A DNA stretch of 64,000 bases, taken from Oligoflexales bacterium. Lineage in GTDB: Bacteria; Bdellovibrionota_B; Oligoflexia; Oligoflexales; Bog-1112. Shown piece after piece: positions 58,964 through 64,000 of this stretch. The position numbers were made by a program, and so were the translations under genes. Each line of letters opens with the position of its first letter. The stretch's first letter is position 1. Under the pieces are notes generated by a model. The model ran no database searches, was not told the DNA's origin, and was given only the letters and a program-made list of their open reading frames with translations. The stretch lies in the NCBI GenBank assembly GCA_045105515.1, contig JBGCDR010000051.1:12173-76172 (forward strand). Reading direction: 5' to 3'.

Positions 58964-59415
58964 ATGAAACGACCAACAAAATTAAATCATGTTCAAACTG
59001 CTTTAGCAAACATTGGCTTTGAGCCTGTTAAGGGTAAATGTTTTATCTTTAAAAATTATCCTGGTGTGTTTATTACAAAATGCGATTTGGAACTTATAAG
59101 CTGCAAATCATGTGGAGAGATATTTAATAGTAGAAAATATGAAGATGCGAAAAAACTCGATAAATGTATTCAGGGTTCTATTACCCATCAAGTTGGTATT
59201 ATTATTTCTATAATGAAAAGCCGAGGCTTGACCCAAAGAGATGTTAGTGCACGTCTAGGAGTCACAGAAAGTTACTTGTCAAAGGCGAAAAGAGGTATTG
59301 AGATACCAGCTTTTGGCTTATAAATTGTCTTAAGACAGTGGCTGTTTCTGAGGAGGCCATGAGAACCTCTGATCCTAGCTACATTCCCGATATTGTGAAA
59401 GGAGCAGTTGCATAA
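58964..59415 (+). pseudogene. MqsA-like antitoxin (Zn ribbon + Xre HTH), frameshifted
   Basis: First CxxC (CSNC, 58990-59001) is in another frame from CKSCGE. HTH GLTQRDVSARLGVTESYLSK..RG...P. The C-terminus continues in a shifted frame to TAA 59415. Confidence 0.7.
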
Positions 59416-59459
59416 GCGACTCTTTGAACTGCCTTGAACGAAGTGAGGGTTAGTACAGG

Positions 59460-60025
59460 CTAAGATTTTAAAAAGTATTGATTTTAACCAAGTATTAAAG
59501 GCTTACCCGACAGCTTGTGGGCTAACTGGTAGGGTATTTATTCCGATATGTACATACTTGAGTGTAGCAAAATTCAGTAAAGAATCCGTGCATCAAAAAT
59601 CTTTGATGTAGATTCCAAGGGCCCACCAAGAAAAGGGGATAGCGATTGTAGATTAGGTCTACAAAAGCATGCTGATCTCCAAAGATTCGGCCCATTTGTA
59701 TTGCAATTGAGTGGTCAAAGCTAAACCCATTTATGGCATCTTCGTATTCATCTGAAGTCAATAGTAAACTTCATACAGTACTGCACCTGAAATGGAACCT
59801 TCAATTTCTTCTATGCTCTGGAGATTTCAACCCATTCAGTACGACGTTTAAATCGGCAATAACAACCATAACTTCATAGATATTGCCTTTAATGATTCCT
59901 TCTGCTTTATAAGCAGTTAGAAATTGCCTCTAACTATTAATGAATCTCCCACAAAAAATAATTCCTCAAATTTTTCAATTGACCCATTCCTAATTCCGTC
60001 CTAAGATTTTACAAAATATTGATTT
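59460..60025. repeat. Pair of 25-bp direct repeats (59460-59484 and 60001-60025)
   Basis: CTAAGATTTTAAAAAGTATTGATTT versus CTAAGATTTTACAAAATATTGATTT; 23 of 25 positions identical. Confidence 0.7.
59522..59935 (-). pseudogene. Fragmented gene of unknown function
   Basis: Protein-like text in three successive frames: RQFLTAYKAEGIIKGNIYEV.. / QSIEEIEGSISGAVLYEVYY / TSDEYEDAINGFSF... Confidence 0.35.
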
Positions 60026-60134
60026 AAAAAAGGCGGTAAAAGCACAAAGTATGCTTAAAAATTGGCGGAGAACCCGAGAACAAACACTTCTCAGGCTCTC
60101 CTAAAAACCCCCCTAAGTAGACTAAGGAGATTTT

Positions 60135-60947
60135 ATGATGGCTACTATAAAGATCGGTGCGCGTTTATTCAAGGCTACATTTGATCAAATCCAAGAATCC
60201 AAGAAAAAAGTAATCAGAACCTTTGAGAAATTAGGGCATACAGCCAAACTACATTCTCGCAAAATAAAAGAAAAACTTAGATCTTTTTTCACCATTTTTT
60301 CCAAGAAAAAGAGAAAAAAACCAGATCTCCTCCTTATCCAGCAGCAGCCTAAGCCAAAGCCTAAACAAGAAAATAAAGCAAAATTCAGGCATACTAATAA
60401 ACACAAAAAATCTCGACTTAAGAAAAAGCAAGCGAATGCTGATTCAAAGAACAAAATTGAAATTCCAGTTATACCGATGAGTATAGTCGAAAATAAAGTC
60501 GAGCCAAAAAGTGACAAGTATATGCCACAAACTAAAGAAAAAAGTCCTTTGACTGCGGAAGATATTCAAGAATTTTTTCGAGAATGGAAAGAAAATTGGG
60601 GGCCTTCTTTAAATAAACTTGATAAAGATTTTCTTGAATCAGCAAGCCCTGAAATCGCTGCTAAGGTGATCGCCAATGGGCGCCTTACCTTAAAATCCCC
60701 TTACTTGAAGGCAGTATATAATGGTCTAAAGGACCTTGAAGATATATCAGATTTGCTGGAGAACGACGAACTAGCGAAAGATAAAGTAATGCCTCTGTTT
60801 AGAGATTACTGGGACAGGGGACCGGAGCAGTTTACTGAGATACTTTTTAAAATGCATGATAAAGGGTATTATCCTACGCGTTCTGGAGAAAAAAAGTTAA
60901 GTCTCGATCCACGTTTGGTGCCGGAGTGGTTAGGGCTTGTTAGTTAA
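60135..60947 (+). CDS. Hypothetical protein with a Lys-rich N-terminal half
   Basis: Perfect TAAGGAG SD; 270-aa ORF with a basic low-complexity region followed by a helical domain. Confidence 0.75.
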   Translation: MMATIKIGARLFKATFDQIQESKKKVIRTFEKLGHTAKLHSRKIKEKLRSFFTIFSKKKRKKPDLLLIQQQPKPKPKQENKAKFRHTNKHKKSRLKKKQANADSKNKIEIPVIPMSIVENKVEPKSDKYMPQTKEKSPLTAEDIQEFFREWKENWGPSLNKLDKDFLESASPEIAAKVIANGRLTLKSPYLKAVYNGLKDLEDISDLLENDELAKDKVMPLFRDYWDRGPEQFTEILFKMHDKGYYPTRSGEKKLSLDPRLVPEWLGLVS

Positions 60948-60950
60948 GCT

Positions 60951-61009
60951 TTAAAGGGGGTTGTAATTGTCATTGCACTGAGCGTAGCGAGGGTTAGACA
61001 ACCTCTTAA
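60951..61009. repeat. Imperfect hairpin / REP-like remnant between convergent genes
   Basis: TTAAAGGGGGTTGT pairs with ACAACCTCTTAA, enclosing GTCATTGCACTGAGCGTAGCGAGGG. Confidence 0.45.
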
Positions 61010-61027
61010 GCATCTCGCAGCTTGTCC

Positions 61028-61969
61028 TCACTGGTAATTACTGCGTGTTCTCAAATATGTCAAAATCTCTTGTTCTATAAAGGAGCATTGTTCCAAATCG
61101 ATTGTAGCAAAGGATTGAGGAAAAACCTCTTCGAGGTCTGTCATAATATCCAGAATAGACTCTGCAAAAATATCTATTTTCTTCTCTCCAACCTTCGACC
61201 GGGCACTATTAATTCGTATCGGTGTTGCAAGTTGGGGAATGTGCTTGCATATCTGTTCAACAGATAAAACTTGATTTGGATTGAATGCAATGGACTGATT
61301 GTAGATAGAATCACTAAATTCTGGGATTTTATGTTTGATTGCTTGTCTTCCATGAAAACTGACTTCGTCAGCTTGCTTCAATACGAAACCTTCTGCAAAA
61401 TTGTTTTTTATTTCAGGAAGCCCTAGCACTTTGGCAACCTTGCTTAAATACCTACTTGGTAGGTTTTGTAGTTCGGATTTTGTTCCTGTTCCTAAAAGAG
61501 GTGGCTGCATGACTTCGAAATTTTTTGCAGTCTTGTCAAGCCAATGAAAGGGACAAAAAAAGACTTCATTGTTAGATGTGCAGATGGCAACATCAAAAAC
61601 GGCCCAGTTTAATTCGGGGCAATAGTTAGTTCCAGTTTGTATTGGACTTATGCCAGGGACTGGGTAAACTTCAGTGTGATTATAAGATCCTCCAAAAATC
61701 TCACCATATAGGTACATTGATTTGATTTCTCGGTAACATGAATTGAAAAAAGATCTAGCAATTTCAGTTAATCTTGATCGTAGAAGCTGCCAACCAAAAA
61801 AAACGTCATCGTTAGATAACCAAATTTTTCTTTTTCCTATGACTACTTCATTTGGGTCTACACCAACGACTAAATGTGCACCATGAATCTTTTCCTGAGC
61901 TATCCATTTACCACCTTTTGTTTGAGCAGCAGGGCTTTCAGAAATTTTTGGGTAGCTAATGAATTCCAT
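61028..61969 (-). CDS. ATP-dependent RNA ligase, Rnl2 family
   Basis: N-terminal F..YPKI; motif I EKIHG, III YGEIFG, IIIa FDV, IV EGFVLK, V IKHK...F; helical C domain with SK.G. Confidence 0.88.
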   Translation of the reverse strand: MEFISYPKISESPAAQTKGGKWIAQEKIHGAHLVVGVDPNEVVIGKRKIWLSNDDVFFGWQLLRSRLTEIARSFFNSCYREIKSMYLYGEIFGGSYNHTEVYPVPGISPIQTGTNYCPELNWAVFDVAICTSNNEVFFCPFHWLDKTAKNFEVMQPPLLGTGTKSELQNLPSRYLSKVAKVLGLPEIKNNFAEGFVLKQADEVSFHGRQAIKHKIPEFSDSIYNQSIAFNPNQVLSVEQICKHIPQLATPIRINSARSKVGEKKIDIFAESILDIMTDLEEVFPQSFATIDLEQCSFIEQEILTYLRTRSNYQ

Positions 61970-62050
61970 AGATTAATCCGTTATCTATCATGAGTCTCGC
62001 GGTCAAATGCTATCACTAAACTTGCGTTATAGGAATAGTGGGATGGGGTT

Positions 62051-62469
62051 AACCCAAAATATTTACTCAAGAGGTCTAGCATCCTGATTCACGTGGTCTA
62101 GCATGTTGAGTCCACCCTGAGTCATGTCGACCGTAGTGGAGGCATCTCCCAAAGGATACCTCGACTCGCACTGCTCGCTTCGGTATGACCGTTTTTTCGG
62201 TTCGATAGTTCGAATCTTGTCAACAGATTTTTTGGCAAATCTGATTTCTAGGTCCAGCACCTGTACTTCTTCCTGCAAAGCAATTTGAGCAAAAATTAGT
62301 TCAGACAAACCTAAAATATTGACTCAAGAGGTCTAGCATCCTGAGTCACGTGGTCTAGCACATTGAGTCATGTCGACCGTAGTGGAGGCATCTCCCAAAG
62401 GATACCTCGACTCGCACTGCTCGCTTCGGTATGACGTTTTTTCGGTTCGATAGCTTCGAATCTTGTCAA
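62051..62469. repeat. Tandem duplication of a ~165-170-bp structured element (62051-62223 and 62308-62469)
   Basis: Near-identical copies. Each has GGTCTAGCA twice, GACTCA/TGAGTC inversions and a GTCAT...ATGAC REP-like palindrome. Confidence 0.92.
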
Positions 62470-62591
62470 ATTTATATTTGATCTTCCAAGGACATCTGAA
62501 CTTAAGAGTTGGGTTAACGAAATGGTAGTCCGGAGAAAAAATATCTCAATTATAAGTGCTAAAAGAGTGCAAGTAGATCCTGCCTTTCGAC

Positions 62592-63887
62592 CTAAAATTC
62601 ATTCCCCTCCAGACTAGGAAGGGTAAAAATAAACTCAGTATTTTTTTGTTTATTTGACTCACACCGTATTTGCCCTCCATGGCTAACTACTGTTTCATGA
62701 CAAATAGCTAGCCCTAAGCCGGTACCGCCTTTTTTGCCAGCAGTATAAACAGGCGAAAAGATCTTTTCCCTATATTTTTCAGCAATGAAACTGTCTTCAT
62801 TGCCAATGGCGATTTCAATATAAGGACGTTCATTAATCGTAGTTTCGCGAGTTTTTACCCACATTTTGCTACCGTGACTTCCCATGGCTTCCTTTCCATT
62901 ATTGAAAAGATTGATAAAAAGTCGCTCTACTTTTAATCTGTCTGCGAAAAGTTTACTTGAATGTTGAAGTCCTAACTCAAGGCTTATGGGTCGATCTTTG
63001 ATGTGATTTGACTGAGTCCAGATTGATTCAATCAAACGATTAATTTCCAATGGTTCTAATTTATTTGGTTTTTCCCGGCTTGCAGCCATAAGGTCTGTCA
63101 AAAGATTGTCTACATAAATTGTACTTTTTTCGGCATGTGCAGCTAAGGCAAAAGTCTGCTGAAGATCAATGCGACCAGCTTTCAGTTCATTGAATGTGAG
63201 TTTAATCATATGAAAAGGATTTTTAATATCATGCGCAATACGCTGAACAGTATTCGCTATGGTATGTGCCACAGTGTTTTTGCTAATAATTTCTAACTTT
63301 TCCTGATATGCTTCCTCAAGCTTTTGTTTGTAGTTGTTTCTTTGGAGAATTACTGTTCCCACCTCATTCTTGAAAAAGTAAAGATGAGCTAAAAGAACTA
63401 CTAAAAGTGCAGCTTGGCCGAAGAAATTAGACTTTATAAGTACAAAAAAAGTAAAAATGTCATTGATTGCAGTTAATAAAAGTATGCTTGAAGCAATGAA
63501 AATAACCTTGTTTTGAATATTTCTATTCTTTATCAACCTTAGTAAAGAAATTTTGAAATAGCAAATTATAAAAATAAGAAAATACGGGAAGCACAATAAA
63601 CGATAATATGTAAAAAATATCGTTGGTTCATTATAAAAAAGCAAAGAATCTAAAGTTATGACAATGACAGTGAAAGTAGAATAAATCTTAATGGCTTTTG
63701 TTATATAATTTTGCTCATGAAGAAAAGAGCTTAAAAAATGAATTCCTATAACTTTGAAGAAAATAATCAAAAAAGAATTTTTATGAATAATAAGACCAGA
63801 ACTCCACAATCCTGAACAAGAAAGTAATCCATAAAGTGATAAACAGACACAAGTTCCAACATAGTTAGTGCCTGATTGGAAACACAC
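62592..63887 (-). CDS. Membrane-bound sensor histidine kinase (N-terminus uncertain)
   Basis: Multi-TM N-terminus (AINDI motif), H box IAHDIKNP, N box NLFNNG.EA and G2 box GTGLGLAIC. Confidence 0.9.
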   Translation of the reverse strand: MCFQSGTNYVGTCVCLSLYGLLSCSGLWSSGLIIHKNSFLIIFFKVIGIHFLSSFLHEQNYITKAIKIYSTFTVIVITLDSLLFYNEPTIFFTYYRLLCFPYFLIFIICYFKISLLRLIKNRNIQNKVIFIASSILLLTAINDIFTFFVLIKSNFFGQAALLVVLLAHLYFFKNEVGTVILQRNNYKQKLEEAYQEKLEIISKNTVAHTIANTVQRIAHDIKNPFHMIKLTFNELKAGRIDLQQTFALAAHAEKSTIYVDNLLTDLMAASREKPNKLEPLEINRLIESIWTQSNHIKDRPISLELGLQHSSKLFADRLKVERLFINLFNNGKEAMGSHGSKMWVKTRETTINERPYIEIAIGNEDSFIAEKYREKIFSPVYTAGKKGGTGLGLAICHETVVSHGGQIRCESNKQKNTEFIFTLPSLEGNEF

Positions 63888-63999
63888 CGCCGCCTTTGTA
63901 TGTAAGGCTTAGAGCACTATAATCTTTAGCGAATTTCCCCAGTTTCTCTAAAAAGGCTATAATTGTCGGAAAATCAAAAGATCTTGGGGGTGCCCATGC
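63865..63999 (-). CDS. 3' end of an unidentified ORF entering from beyond the window
   Basis: Frame is open from the edge (AWAPPRSFDFPTIIAFLEKLGK...GVFPIRH) to TAA 63865. Confidence 0.35.
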   Translation of the reverse strand, partial: AWAPPRSFDFPTIIAFLEKLGKFAKDYSALSLTYKGGGVFPIRH

Positions 64000-64000
64000 G

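Noticed and set aside
59930..59960. SRAP/YedK start (CGRF) on the minus strand
   Set aside because: No Met before the Cys, a stop follows within a few codons, and the downstream text lacks SRAP motifs.
60951..61009. Integron attC site (GTCTAAC/GTTAGAC core after the ligase)
   Set aside because: The complementary core box is missing and there is no integron integrase in the window.
62195..62223. tRNA gene (GTTCGAATC)
   Set aside because: Only a T-loop-like fragment; no acceptor, D or anticodon arms can be formed.
62063..62308. 81-aa minus-strand ORF
   Set aside because: It runs through the palindromic repeat, and the second copy does not preserve the frame.

Overview
Bacterial chromosome window of moderately low GC. 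Gene content (RpoH-box sigma factor, PilZ and stand-alone receiver proteins, type-2 IleRS, rny/ymdB, many orphan lipoproteins) suggests a Bdellovibrionota/Oligoflexia-like organism; this is an inference, not a database match. Bases 1-55.3 kb are mostly intact housekeeping genes: UvrD/Rep helicase, rpoH, amgK/murU-like, glpD, ABC-F, POT transporter, ileS, mgtE, valS, gshB, pgk-tpiA, trmFO, psd, dapA-dapB, ymdB-rny, pal, mpl-ldcA, GT9 and ProX. Several oddities sit among them: a catalytically eroded ArgH fused to an LptM-like lipoprotein, a pyruvate kinase lacking most active-site residues, a degenerate CYTH protein, a trmFO that needs an ATT start, and a promoter-driven GGA-repeat sRNA candidate. 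From about 55.4 kb there is an accessory, partly frameshifted region. It holds two divergent paralogous lipoproteins around a split helical-repeat gene, a decayed MqsR/MqsA-like toxin-antitoxin pair, an intact Rnl2-family RNA ligase preceded by a tandem-duplicated ~170-bp structured element, and a sensor kinase. I found no rRNA, tRNA, CRISPR array, transposase or integrase.
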